Shown: positions 1 to 13,846 of the stretch, one piece after another | How positions within the stretch are numbered: the stretch's first letter is position 1 | Layout: the number at the start of each line of letters is the position of its first letter | From: Octopus sinensis | Taxonomy: Eukaryota | Direction of reading: 5' to 3' | DNA: 64,000 nt | Assembly (NCBI RefSeq): GCF_006345805.1 | Contig: NC_043019.1 | Span: 2,418,001-2,482,000 of the forward strand | Made by a program: the position numbers and the translations under genes | The notes under the pieces: generated by a model | Seen by the model: the letters and a program-made list of their open reading frames with translations, nothing else | Told to the model about the DNA's origin: nothing | Databases searched by the model: none

Positions 1-481
1 CTTATTTATGTGCTGCTCACCTAACGTGGAATCTGCACATCGGAAAAACTATAGAAAGTATCTTTATAAAAAATACATGTCAGAATTACCAAGAACGGAT
101 ATCTTCCCTTGGCTGGGTTGAGCTGTCTGCACACACGCAGGAATATTAGGTACTAAAACCTTTACACGGAGTCTTGGTATTCAATATTCAAATTGTTGAG
201 GTGTGGGGATTATACCGAACTAGCAAGGTACCTCAATTTAAGTACTTAATTCAACTGAATCTTAATTATGTGTGTGCGTGTGTATGTATCAGCCGAAATT
301 GCGAAGATAATCTGGTACTCGACTGAGGAAAGAAAACTTCGATTGACCCATCCTTGTTTTCTTTGTATCGTCTATCTGGATGTTTTGTTGTCCCATTTTT
401 TGTCCAGATATTTTGAGTTATTTATTTATATTTTTATATTTATTTATTTATATTTTATATTTATTTATTTATATTTTTGTA

Positions 482-522
<41 letters not shown>

Positions 523-1130
523 TATATATATATAAGCGGCGTAGTACACTTTGTCTCTATATGTATATATATATAATATATATATATGTGTTGTATATAT
601 GTATATATAAATTCATATATGCATGTATATGTATATATATATAGGTGTGTGAGTGTGTGTGTGCGTGTGTGAGTGTGTACGTGTGTGTATAACTACTAAA
701 CACGAAACTCTCGGTCCTTGAGTCACTTATGTAACTTTACAATTAAGAAGTGAAAAACTACAAAAAAGAAATATATACGTGCTTTAGTTTTCCTATTGAG
801 TACTATTTCTCGTATTTGTGGCACCAACCTAAACACGCACACACACACACACACACGTGTGTGTGCGTGTGATTTGCTGAAGTTGCTAAATTCGCAAGTA
901 TTGACGAGGAAGCCGAATGGCTTCCGCTTTTCGAAGGAACTCTCTTGCAATATTTATTTTGTAACGATCCGCAGACACTTCCTTACCACATTCAGTGTCA
1001 AAATTTCAATGAACCTATAACCAGATACGCTATTTCTCACAAAATTATGATATAAAATAGAAATAAAAATGGCTTCGCTAATCATCTCCGATTTGTTGCT
1101 GTCTGACAATGATAACAGGTATGCGTGTAA

Positions 1131-1230
1131 NNNNNNNNNNNNNNNNNNNNNNNNNNNNNNNNNNNNNNNNNNNNNNNNNNNNNNNNNNNNNNNNNNNNNN
1201 NNNNNNNNNNNNNNNNNNNNNNNNNNNNNN
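1131..1230. other. Assembly gap (100 N)
   Basis: Exactly 100 consecutive N, a typical fixed-size scaffolding gap. Confidence 0.99.
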
Positions 1231-1568
1231 TTTGTATGATGGTGTTATGTATGTATGTATGTATGTATGTATGTATATTGAATGCCTTTCAATTTCTTAA
1301 TGACTTTGCCCATTATTTATTCAGGCCATCAGTCCTTAGAATTCACTTATAAGGATATAAAAAAGATTTAAACTCTTCTCATTTTGTATCATACAACATT
1401 ATAGATTATTATACATATTGAGAGAATTCACGACCGAATTAACGTTCTCACAAGTGAACTTCATTCATATATGCTGTACAATACATTTCCTGCGGTAATA
1501 AACATTATTTATTCTCGGTCACCTTTACTAAACCACTCCTTGGAAATTGCGAACATTTTATTCCACTA

Positions 1569-2028
1569 GGCACAGGAGTGGCTGCGTGGTAAGAAGCTTG
1601 CTTCCCAACTATGTGGTTCCGAGTTAACTCTTTCTCTGCATGGTACCTTGGGCAAGTATCTTGTACTATCGCCTCGGGCCCACTAAAGCCTTGTGAGTGT
1701 GGATTTGGTAGACAGAAACTGGAGGAAACCTGTCGTGTATATACATGTGTGTCTGTGTGTGTCTGTGTCTGTGTCTGTGTGCGCGTGTGTGTGTGTGTGT
1801 GTGTGTTGTGTGTGTGTGTGTTGTCTTTGTGCATGTATTTGTCTCCCACCATCGCTTTACAACCGGTGTTAGTGTGTTTACCTCCCCCGTAAACTAGCGG
1901 TTCGGAAAAAGTGATTGATTGAATAAGTTCCAGAGCTGGGTTCGGTTCATTCGACTAAAACAATCGTTCAAGGCGATGCTCCAGCATGGCTGCAGTCTAA
2001 TGACTGAAACAAGTAAAAAGATAAAAGA
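1569..2028 (+). mobile_element. tRNA-derived SINE family A (CORE-like centre, internal microsatellite)
   Basis: A-box-like TGGCTGCGTGG head, CCTTGGGCAAGT core-like motif, internal (TG)n and 3' end GACTGAAACAAGTAAAAAG; homologous to more than 10 other copies in the window. Confidence 0.85.
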
Positions 2029-2134
2029 CATCTTAACTGAATATGTTTAGCATTATATAAGCGACCTTCTTGGGTTTAGTTGAATTCTTAGATGTAACGA
2101 GAAGAGGAATTTGAAGGTTCGAGATTGACCATCT

Positions 2135-2790
2135 AAAAGAAAGAAAGAAAGAAAGGAAGGAAGGAAGGAAGGGAGGATAGAAAGAAGGAAAGAAAGAAAG
2201 AAAGAAGGAAAGAAGGAAGGAAGGAAAGAAAGAAAGAAGGAAAGAAGGAAGGAAGGAAAGAAAGAAAGAAGGAAAGAAAGAAGGAAGGAAAGAAGGAAGG
2301 AAAGAAAGAAAGAAGGAAGGAAGGAAGGAAAGAAAGAAGGAAGGAAAGAAAGAAAGAAGGAAGGAAAGAAAGAAAGAAGGAAGGAAGGAAAGAAGGAAGG
2401 AAGGAAGGAAGGAAGGAAGGAAGGAAGGAAGGAATGGAGGAAGGAAAGAAAAAAGGAAGGAAAGAAGGAAAGAAAGAATGAAGGAAGGAAGGAAGAAAGA
2501 AAGAAAGAAAGAAGGAAGGAAGAAAAAAGGAAGGAAGGAAGGAAGGAAAGAAAGAAAGAAAGAAAGAAAGGGAGGAAGGAAGGAAGGGAGGAAGGAAAGA
2601 CAGAAGGAAGGAAGGAAAGAAAGAAAGGAAGGAAGGGATGGAGGAAGGAAAGAAAGAAGGAAAGAAAGAATGAAGGAAGGAAGGAAGAAGAAAGAAAGAA
2701 AGGAAGGAAGGAAAGAAATAAAGAAAGAAGGAAGGAAAGAAAGAAAGAAAGAAAGAAAGTGAGAGAGGATGTGAGAGAAAGAGAGATTAA
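2135..2790. repeat. (GAAA/GGAA)n polypurine compound microsatellite
   Basis: About 650 bp of almost only G and A on the + strand. Confidence 0.98.
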
Positions 2791-3289
2791 AGAAAGACCG
2801 TCATCAATTTGCTTGTTGGCGCCGATACAATTGATATGGCACCGGGCTTTCGACAGCAAAGTCTATATAATCCTAAACATAAACTCCCAACTATTGGCGG
2901 TGCATTTAGTTCCTTCTGTAGGGAACAATAATCTCTGTTCCCTTATCAACATCTGATGGTAATTTAGCAACTGCTTAGGAAACTACATTGTTTTCTCTTT
3001 CCATCCTTTTATCTTGCTCCTTGCCCCCCCCCCTCACCCACTTCCGACCCAGCCGCCCGCCCGACATCATTCTCCTTTAGACCAACATCATCTCCCTCCC
3101 ACCTCCTCCCTTTCCACCACTTTCAACACTCATTCTGTTATTTCTCTCAATGGCTAAACAATAGCATCGCAAACCCTTCTTCATCCTGAATATTTCAATT
3201 CACTTTCAGATACCCACCCACACCTCACCCTTCTAATCCCGACACTTTCTTCTGATGTGTTCCCACTTAATGAATAACGTTCAGCCATC

Positions 3290-3372
3290 ACTATCGTCGT
3301 CGTTGACGTCGTCGCCATCATCATCATCATCATCATCATCATCATTATCATCATCATCGTCGTCGTCATCGC

Positions 3373-3411
<39 letters not shown>

Positions 3412-3650
3412 TATCATCATCATCATCATCATCGTCATCATCATCGTCGTCGTCATCGCCATCATCACCATCATCGTCATCGCCATATCATCGTCATCAT
3501 CATCGTCGTCGTCGTCATCGTTATTGCTATCATCATCATCGTCATCGCCATCATCGTCATCGCCATCAAATCATCATCATTATCATCGTCGTCACCGTCA
3601 TCATCATCATTACCCACAGCAACAACAACAATAACGACGAAATCAACAAC
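3290..3650. repeat. (CAT/CGT)n trinucleotide microsatellite
   Basis: Direct reading; source of the poly-S/H/M ORFs. Confidence 0.97.
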
Positions 3651-4870
3651 ATTCAACCATAGCAATTTTCCCCTCCAGAAAGTTTTCTAGAAGCACATGT
3701 TACAACATAAACAATTGAAAAGCAAACGTTAATTATATTTTTGCTTGTGACTCACTTAGACGCATAATAGCAGTGTCCATGGCCTCTTTTTTGAAGGATC
3801 CCCGACTGGTGAGAGAAAAAGAGAAAGAAAGGAGGTTATCCTTAGGACCAAAGACATGGCTTGGTTGCTTGCAGTGTTGTGGACCCCACAAAAGCAGAGG
3901 TGTGGGATCTTTACCGTTTGACCGACAGATTTTTAAATCGGATGTTGTTGTTGACAAACAACGGCAGTCATTTTATTCAGCTGAATACACGTCATGGATT
4001 GGTTGAAATTACCGAAATACGAAAACTTTAACAAAAAATAAATTCCAAAATACAGAATTTTCTCAACAACGCCAAGAGTAAAAGATGTTTTATGTGACAC
4101 ATTCTACGAGTATACGAAGTTTGAAAGTATTTAGTTACAAAAGGTAAAGGTCCGAGGTGTGTATTCCGGGCGTGCTAAGTGTGCCCTGCACACCCATCGA
4201 AAATGGCAAAGTCATTTTAAACACTGCAAGTTTGGGCAGTATCAGAAATACATAGTTTCTATGCATAATTTGGGTAATACTAATGTTAGTCATAGTATGG
4301 TCAGTGTGGCAACACACTCAATGGCAGCTACCACCATACGCTACTGTACTAAATATACCCAGAAGTCGGGTGGTGGTGTTTAACTCAGCAACAGATTTCA
4401 CCTACCATCCAAACCCAAGAATACTCACTTTCAAAGCTCCCACTCGATTTCCATCTACTAAATATTACAAATTAGTAATAAAAGGGTAAAATTAATTAAT
4501 TAAGTTAATTAATTAATCAATCAATTAATTGATAATTTTGCCAAGTAGATCGGTACGTTAAAATAACACTGATGATGAGAAGTAAGTAATTTAACACTTT
4601 AATCTTGAAACGCGTCTGTGGCTAATCGAAGTCGCGTTGATTCATTTTTTTTTTTCTTTGCCTACGTAAAAAGCGTGTTACTGTTTGGGAGATTCTTACG
4701 GTAGTAGAAAAATGAATTTTTGACTCCTATTTCTAAATTCTGTATGTGGTGAAGCAATTAGCTGACCTCTAATTATAATTATATTTATAATTATAGAATA
4801 TTTGTACTAAATATTACAAATAGAGTTTTTGAGGTTTCTTTTCGACCAGAAATTAGTAAAATGTTGTACC

Positions 4871-5195
4871 GTGAAGGCACGTGGTTAAGTGGTTAAAGTA
4901 TTCTTCCCAGGGTCGTAAGGTCATGAGTTTGATTCCCGGCGGCGCGTTGGGTCCTTGAGCAAGACCCTTTATTTCATGTTGCTCGAATCCACTCAGCAAA
5001 AATGGGTTGTACCTTTAATTGAAAGGACCAGCTTTGTCACATCCTGTTGTCACGCTGAATCTTCCTGGGACCTACATTAAAGGTACGCGTGTCTGTGGAG
5101 TGCTTAGCCACTTGTACGTTAATTTCACGTGCAGATTGTTCCGCTGATCGGATCAACTGGAACAGTCCTCGTCGTCATAACCGACGGAGTACCAG
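4871..5195 (+). mobile_element. tRNA-derived SINE family C
   Basis: Head GTGAAGGCACGTGGTTAAGTGGTTA...GAGTTTGATTCCC and CCTTGAGCAAG motif; 3' half homologous to 6078-6240. Confidence 0.8.
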
Positions 5196-5232
5196 TTTTA
5201 TTAAAATGCGAAAGTCTCTTTTATTTTGTATA

Positions 5233-5735
5233 TTTTACTTGTTTCAGTCATTGGACTGTGGCCATGCTGGGGCACCGTCTTGAAGGGTTTTAGTTAAACG
5301 AATCTACCCCAGTACTTATTTTTGCCTCAAGCCTGGACCTTATTCTATCCGTCTCTTATGCCGAACTGCTAAGTAACGGGGACGTAAACAAACCAACATC
5401 AGTTGTCAAGCGGTGGTGAGGGACGAACACACAGACATACGCATACACTCATACACACGCACGCGCACACATATATATACATACATACACACACATATGT
5501 ACATATATATACACACACACACACATATATACCTATATATGCATGCACACACAGACATATGTACATACATATACACACACATAAATATATACATATATAT
5601 GTATACACACACGACTGGCTGCTTGCAGTTTCCATCTACTAAATCCAACTACTTGGTAGGGTCGACGTGTTATAGTAGACACTTGCTCAAGGTGTCACGC
5701 AATGGGACTAAAAAAGGAACCATTTGAACTGTAAG
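5233..5735 (-). mobile_element. SINE family A, diverged copy
   Basis: Reverse complement of family A tail (TTACTTGTTTCAGTCA), internal (CA/TA)n, degraded head. Confidence 0.8.
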
Positions 5736-6071
5736 TACAATTAGATAATTATTGTCTTACTTTTGTATTTCTTATCAATTGATACGGTTGCAGGTCGTTT
5801 CCTAGCGGAGAAACATGAACTACTCGTAAATAGCAACGATTAAGAGCAGGATTATCTTTTCAATAAAGTTCTGAAAGTTGTTCGATGTTGCCAAGGTAAT
5901 ATACAGATCAGTGTCTTTTTCCATCAATCATTTACAATGGACTGAATTCATTGTGGTTAAATTCTGGTGACAGTAGATTAAATTATCTCGTAAGTACATT
6001 TATGTAGTTGCTAGTTTCTTGAAAGTCACAACTGGGACTATTAAGAAACTTCAGATCTTTAATTAGTTGTA

Positions 6072-6463
6072 CTGGACTGGAAGCACTCCGTCGGTTACGA
6101 CGACGAGGGTTCCGGTTGATCCGAATCAACGGAACAGCCTGCTCGTGAAATTAACGTGTAAGTGGCTGAGCACTCCACAGACACGTGTACCCTTAACGTA
6201 GTTCTCGGGGATATTCAGCGTGACACAGAGAGTGACAAGGCCGGCCCTTTGAAATACAGGTACAACAGAAACAGGAAGTACGAGTGAGAGAAAGTTGTGG
6301 TGAAAGAGTACAGCAGAGATCACCACCATCCCCTGCCGGAACCTCGTGGAGCTTTTAGGTGTTTTCGCTCAATAAACACTCACAACACCCGGTCTGGGAA
6401 TCGAAACCGCGATCCTATGACCGCGAGTCCGCTGCCCTAACCACAGGGCCATTGCGCCTCCAC
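6072..6463 (-). mobile_element. tRNA-derived SINE family C, full length with TSD
   Basis: Minus-strand head GTGGAGGCGCAATGGCC...GGTTTCGATTCCC, (CCAGT)n tail, 13-bp TSD TTAATTAGTTGTA at 6059-6071 and 6468-6480. Confidence 0.88.
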
Positions 6464-7162
6464 TTAATTAATTAGTTGTAGGCTTTTATTTACTGAATTT
6501 CTTTTTAACCTTGTTGTACATCGGTTGCATTCCATGTTGCTCTACATCGGTCCATTCAAGCCCACTACGTTCTTTGGGTTGTTTCTCCTCCATATTCTTC
6601 TTCGTCTTCTTCTTCCTCTTCCTACTTCTCCTCCTCCTCTTTCTTCTTCTTCTCCTCTTCCTCCTTCTCCTTCCCATTTACCAGTTTTTCTAGCATGTTT
6701 GATAAGAACTTGCTGGCTTCTAAAAAACACTTACATTTATTTTCCTGAGGAAAAAAGATAGTCGCGGTCAGGCCACCACGATCTGCAAGCGCAGCTGGGT
6801 CGATCTTGAGAAAGAGAGGAGAAAGAAAGGGATAAGAATGGAAACCCAGGTCTTGATTGGTACTTTATTTTCATCGGCCCTGAAAGGTTAAAAACGCAAA
6901 CTTGACCGCGGTTGACTTGAATTCAGAATACAATAATAGGAAAACTATCACGAGACATTTGTTCGACACTCTAACGGCTTTAACTATTCACTGCCATTTG
7001 GTTCTCGGTAGTTCACTACCACCACCATCATTATTGGAAGTATTTTGGTATTTTTGTTTTTCTTAACTGTTTTCCTAATTTGTAAGTTATCTTTCTTAAT
7101 GTCTTTGTTAGATCGCCAAATACACGTACACACACATATATATATTTAAGTGTATGTGTATG

Positions 7163-8233
7163 ATTTTACTTTGTGTTTTATTTAAGTTCTTCTTGGGAGA
7201 GTTCAAGCCAGACGCTAACAAAGCAACAAGACGATTTAAGTTAAGAGAGTTCCTGGTGTTTGTAAATATGTAGTTGAGTTGCTATGCTGGTTGAATTATC
7301 GATGCAACACACCCAAGTGTGCGGATCGATTCACATTAGAATCTCAGCTGGAGAATTCTTAGAATGTCTTACAAACCTTCACTGTACTACCAACAGATTG
7401 CATACGAAGAATCTACGTCAGTTTCTTTTGCTATGTATGTCTCTTCTGAATTTAATCCATTTAAGTTCTTCCTCTGAAGAAGTTGATTTTTTTACAAAGA
7501 TACAATACTCCATCTTCGGAAAGTAGATAACTAAATCAATGTCACGTTTTAAACCTGTAAAAAGTCTTACATAGTTTTGCTGTTCCGCTAACAGATTGCA
7601 TTTGTAATGTGCGAATCAGTTCGTTGATTTCTTTTTCTGAAAATCGAAGCTTATCCAGCTGACAGTTAGGTATTTACTTACAAAACCAAATGCTCCAATT
7701 ATTATTGGCATAAGTGTAAATTTGTAATCCGGGTATAGAAGCTGAACGTTTCGAAGCAGTTGTCCATAGTTATCTTCTTTCTCTTCGATTTTCGAAGAGA
7801 TATTCATATCAGCAGGATACCTGACCTCTAAGACAGTACATACATTTTTCTTGTCAGTCGTAAACAACAAAATCCAACCTCTTATACTTAAACTAGACAG
7901 ATGTTTTAATATCAATGTTCGACCAGTATTCATTATGCTGGTACTTGTGTACATATTCAATAATAGGACGATTCTCTATATTTATTCCAGGACAGTTTTT
8001 TTCCCTGTATGACATTGTATATTGTTTTTTGGGACATCGTTATGTTGCATAGAGAGATAGGAACTTGATAACATGTTAGGGCAGCTGCTAATCACATGCG
8101 TGATGTCTTCCACAGAAATATGACGTAATCTACATTTTCGGTTGTATCTTGGAATTCCAAGGGCTTCGCTGTCTCTTTTGTTGATTTGGTACTTAGTAGC
8201 AATCTCCTGTTCTTGGATTGCAAATGCACAACC
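7163..8233 (-). mobile_element. 5'-truncated RLE-type (R4/Dong-like) LINE fragment in (CATA)n
   Basis: Decayed ORF with AFAIQEQEIATKY, knuckle CRLRHISVEDITHVISSC and RLE-like VLEVRYPADMNISSKIEEKEDNYG...PIIIGAFG; 3' UTR homologous to 16660-16866. Confidence 0.85.
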
Positions 8234-8430
8234 TTTGTTTGTTTGTATGTATGTATGTATGTATGTATGTATGTATGTATGCATGTATGTATGCATGTAT
8301 GTATGTATGTATGTATGCATGTATGTATGTATGTATGTATGTATGTATGTATGTATGTATGTATGTATGTATCTATTTATGTATGTATGTATGTATGTAT
8401 CTATTTATGTATGTATGTATGTAGTATCTA
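8234..8430. repeat. (GTAT)n microsatellite
   Basis: Direct reading. Confidence 0.98.
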
Positions 8431-9809
8431 TTTATGTATATTCGTTGTTAGCGACGGAAGCAGCATTAGTTCAGAATACCACTCTGTATACCCTACTTAA
8501 CGTGAGTATCCTGTAAGAATGCCAAAATATTGCGATATTCGTCATGAGAAAGCAGCTGATATAGACGAGCAGGGGTAAAAAAAAACTCAGAATTAACACG
8601 AGAAGGCAAAAAGTGTCCAGCAGCGCCGGTTGAATTGCTAGATCAGGGATATCTACGTATTTGCGTATCATCGGTAATAACATATACTATCATTGCATGC
8701 TTAGACAAATCTCTACGAGATCTCCACTAGCATTAAATAAAGTATTTGATATCCCGGTAAGTGTACTATTGTCTGTTCGTCGTTTATCACAAAATATTGT
8801 GATACTAATTTCGTAAGACTGAAATAACTCTTCTTTTTCACATATTTTCCTCTATATTTTGACCTGATATTTTCCTACGACAGATATCATTAAAAACATC
8901 TTTTATTTATCCTTGTAGTTTTATTTTCGTTTAGTTTCACGTTACTGAAATGCCTATTCATATATTTTTCTTAGATATCCCTGTAGTTCATTAAGCGCAT
9001 TAATTACGCTCAATATAATTAGAACAATTATCGGTTAAGATTTTGCAAACATGTTGCTATATATGTGTATTCTGCGATTACTAAGACGAAAACAAGTTCA
9101 CAGTTAAAAAAAATACATTCATGGATAAAATTATTAGTATTATATATATATTATATATATATATATAATATATATATATATTATATATATATATATATAT
9201 AGATATATATATATATATATATATACATATATATAGCTTTCTAAATATTTCCATAAAGTTTTGGAATAAAACTATGTGTGTAGCAATAACGATGTGAGCA
9301 CAAATATGATTTTACGACTTACGACTCTTAAACATCTGAAGTTTATTGCATGTGTCTTGTATTAATAGAGTTGGTCCACTCCTACCATATGTATTATAGT
9401 ATAGATTGCTGTACAATATGTATTTCTGAATGCTACAGGTTGTAAGCAGTTTATAAGTATTATCCGTCAAAAATGATTTATATCCCTTAAGTAAATACGT
9501 CAAATAGGTTACATTTTATATCTGATTATGTGTTTACACAAAACACCTGCACCAAAAAAAAAGAAAAATCTTGGCTGTGTTGACATAAATATGTGATCTA
9601 TGTAGTTTTTGACAGTCGTTCATTCAAATAAAATACTGAAAGAAAATGATAAGTATTCACTCATCCTAAACGATTATGTCTGTGTATGTAATTGAGAGCA
9701 GTATTCATATTAGTCGTAGAAATTATAATTCATATAATTTATAGATATTTTTTTTTGTTTTGTATCTTTAAGTATTTATAACATAAACACGTACACGCAT
9801 ATATAAATA

Positions 9810-9842
9810 AATACATGCATACACACACACACACACACACGT

Positions 9843-9885
<43 letters not shown>

Positions 9886-9962
9886 ATATATATATATATA
9901 TATATGTAGTATGTATGTATATATATACATATTGGTGTCTACATATATATATACATATATAC

Positions 9963-9993
<31 letters not shown>

Positions 9994-10281
9994 CATATAT
10001 ATATATACATATATATACATATATATATACAACACATATATATAACATATATATATATATACACATATATATATATATAATCACACATATATATATACAT
10101 TATATATATTATAATACACATATATATTATATAACACATATATATATACATATTATATATATACACATATATATATATATATATACACACATATATATAT
10201 ACATATATATATACACATATATATATATATTACACACATATATATATACATATATATATACAAATATATATATACACATAT

Positions 10282-10359
<78 letters not shown>

Positions 10360-10480
10360 ATATATATATATATATATAAATATATATATGTATGTGTGTG
10401 TATATATATACATTATATAATACACACATATATGTGTGTATGTAGTGTTAAATATATGTATGCATATATACATAAATATA
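9810..10480. repeat. (TA)n/(TACA)n compound microsatellite
   Basis: Direct reading; source of the YI-repeat ORFs. Confidence 0.98.
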
Positions 10481-10484
10481 TACA

Positions 10485-10865
10485 TCTCTCTCTATATAAA
10501 CGGCAGTTAGTGTGCGTGTTTCTGTGTGTCTGTTTGCTTGTACCCTCACCCTGACACGGCTTTTCAACCGATTCTGATGAAACTTGACACACACATAGCC
10601 CAATGTCATAATTCAAAACTAACGCAGCGAAAATTTTTTAAAAGTTCCCCCAGTTCTGAAAAAAATCGATAAATTCGACATGGGGTCGAGAATCAGGAAC
10701 ACAAACCACAAACTGTGTAGAAGACGCAACTCCACATTTTTTAACTATCAAAAAAAAAAATTTACATCATTTTTTCCATTTTTTGCTATGTTTTGGCTAT
10801 AAACTCTAAAAATGCTTTATAGTATTTCCCTTACAATCCTGAGCAAAGCCGGGCGATACTGCTAG
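10485..10865 (+). mobile_element. Non-autonomous Helitron
   Basis: 5' TC start after A, TCTATATAAA, short TG tract, ACCGATTCTGATGAAACT motif, 3' hairpin CCTGAGCAAAGCCGGG followed by CTAG|T; no TSD. Confidence 0.75.
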
Positions 10866-10878
10866 TACCATACAATAT

Positions 10879-10940
<62 letters not shown>

Positions 10941-11804
10941 ATACACACAACACATATATACTTACATAAACACACACACACCCATACAATGTTTGAAATG
11001 AACAAGGGCATTCATTGACTCCCATTCACTGATTTGTTTGACGGATAGTTAACTTTCATACTTCGTATCTCTCCACTGCTTTCTTTATGAGCGGTCGTGT
11101 AAAATTGTTTTCACTAAATGCAGAAGCCTATATCATTTCACACACCTTTCACATATATACAAATAAAAATGTACAAGTAAGCAGATAGGAAGACAGGCAG
11201 CAAGATAAATACACACGCAATCGCATATTCACAAGCACACACGCATACACACATACACACACGTTCATACATGATGGATTCTACTGTCAAATTCGGCAAC
11301 CTACTGGCCAACCTACTCGTTTGATTACTAAGTGGTACAGCCGTGTATTCAATAAACGTAATTCTCGGGTACAATTAGGGTAACATGGCTTCATATTTTG
11401 AGTTACAGTCCATCCAATGGGCTTCTACATAGTTTCCAGTAACCTAAATTCATTAAGTAGCGAGATAGAACTCGAGATGTCATGATTGAAAAGCGAACTT
11501 CTGGGGCACTTCGAAATGCTTGAATTCATACATACATACATGCATACATACATATATACATACATACGTACATACGCACACAAACACACATACACACACA
11601 AACACACATAAACACACACACACACACATATACATGTATATACATGAGAAGACATACATAAAACAAAATATACAAATCTACACATATACATACAAAAATA
11701 CCCTGTTGATATTTTTGAAATTCCAATGAAGGAGACTCAGATCTAGGTTAGAAACTAGCTCTTTCTCAAATGGCAAGAAATCTTGAAATAAACTGAATAA
11801 TGGC

Positions 11805-11910
11805 TAACATACATATACACACATACACACACACATACATACATACTCACACACACACATACATACATACATACATACATACATACATACATACACATGC
11901 ATACATACAT

Positions 11911-11977
<67 letters not shown>

Positions 11978-12035
11978 CACATGCATACATACATACATAC
12001 ATACATACACATACACACATATACATACATACATA
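11805..12035. repeat. (TACA)n microsatellite
   Basis: Direct reading. Confidence 0.98.
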
Positions 12036-12296
12036 CCTTAAATGTTACGGTTTTCGTAAAAAGAAATCAACCAGCAACACGCTCAGTACAAATACAATAC
12101 AATCTACAGGCAGAACAGTAAAACTATGCAAAATGTTTTTCAAGTTCAGAAAGTGTTACATTGTTTTTGCTATCTACATTCCAACGATGGGGCCTTGTTT
12201 CTTTGTCAGACACTAGCCCCTTCTTCACAGGAAAACTTCAAATAACTAAAAGCAAAAGAGAACACATATTCAAACATACATACATATACACATACA

Positions 12297-12330
<34 letters not shown>

Positions 12331-13486
12331 CATACACCCGCATGTACGTAGATACATATATGGTGAAAGGTGCTAGATTTCTCATGGTTTTGTAGGGACA
12401 TCATCAAAATTTAAAGAGAACATATGGTGGGTCTTACGCACTTTTTAAACCTGTCGAAGCCCTTTGCACTTTAGGTCAGAATCGGTTTCTTTCATAGAGA
12501 AGGGAAGAGGAGGAAAACAACAGCAACATCAACCATAACAACAACAACATAGGAGGAGGAGGAGGAGGAGGAGGGAAGAAGAAGAAGAACAACAACAACA
12601 ACAAAAACTACAACAGCAGCAACAACATCAAAAAGCAACCCCAGCAATAGAGAGACACTTTAACAACCCCCAAATAGTCGAAAGCCAAGTTGGCGCAAAG
12701 TGTCGAAACGAATACCTCAGAGGATTCTACGACGTGACGTCCTTACAACACTGCTAAATTACCGTCTTTTACGCGCGCACACACACACATGGAAGAGGGT
12801 GAAAGAGAGAGAGAGAGAGAGAATGAAAGGAAGAGTGATAGTTAACTAGATAGGCAGACAATGCCCTTTATGTTATTGCTAAACAGAGTACATCATATCA
12901 ATAGAATACTTTCGATATAATTAAATACCATAATATTTATGGTTACGTTTGTTTAGAAGAGGCGTCTGTAATAGACTGACAGTTAAACTGATTTTTTATG
13001 TAAAAAAACATTCCGACTGACATTATTTCTGAGACTCTTTGATCTATATTCAAAGCACAGCCCTGTTTATAAAGGTATTATATAGGTTACATATATTATA
13101 CCTTGATACTGTGTGGGCTAAGATCTCTGTTGGCAGGCTCTTGATATTTAAGATAAAGTGTTAACATTTATGGTATGCAAAATAGTAATCCCAATCTTCT
13201 TTGTTATTGTAAGTGTTGGGTATATAAAGATTAGCTGCTTGTTTCTCTGGGATTAATCAAATTAAGGCAGCTTCCTCTGATGCGAATCCTATAAGATTCT
13301 GAAGTCGATTAGGGTTGGTTATCACTTTTCTTTTTTTTTTTTTCAGTCGGCTGAATTATCCTTATTTATATAGGTCAAATTTTCGCTTTATGACTGGGTA
13401 GCATCATGGGTGAGTGTCTTCAAGTATAGCTCCAGGCCGACCAATGATTTGTACGATAATCTGGTCGACAGAAACTCTCGTGCCCC

Positions 13487-13768
13487 ACACCTGCCATATC
13501 GAAGTCAGGACGCCATGATAGATCGTTAGCTTCTACACGCATTTTTTCTCTCCTTTTTCTCTCTTTTTTTCTCTCCTTTTTATTCTCTCCTTCTCATTCT
13601 CTCCTTTTTTCTCTCCTTGTTTTTTTTCTGTGTATCTTTCTGTCGAAGAGCGTAGGCTCGAAATGTAAAATACTTTTTCTATTTCTATTCCTGAGCGCTA
13701 TACTAATACATTTGTTTGTTTGTACTCCACCTGCCTTCGTCTGTTGTTTATTTTCGTAAACCTTCCCG

Positions 13769-13769
<1 letters not shown>
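13487..13769 (+). mobile_element. Penelope-like pseudo-LTR remnant with degenerate hammerhead motif (family H1)
   Basis: CTGTCGA-A-GAGC-GTAG-GCTC-GAAAT at 13640-13665; homologous to 17420-17682 and 23800-24012; 3' end abuts (TA)n. Confidence 0.7.

Positions 13770-13843
<74 letters not shown>

Positions 13844-13846
<3 letters not shown>

Noticed and set aside
908-925. GGAAGCC-GAAT-GGCTTCC hairpin
   Set aside because: A 7-bp stem is expected by chance in 64 kb
8451-8500. Other AG...GT-bounded micro-exon candidates (also 4548-4580, 8703-8756, 12396-12474)
   Set aside because: Signals are at a frequency expected by chance, with no recognisable peptide or consistent phase chain
8563-8605. Shared GAGCAGGGGTAA...TAACACGAG motif with 52073-52155
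   Set aside because: Too short and differently spaced to define an element without a search
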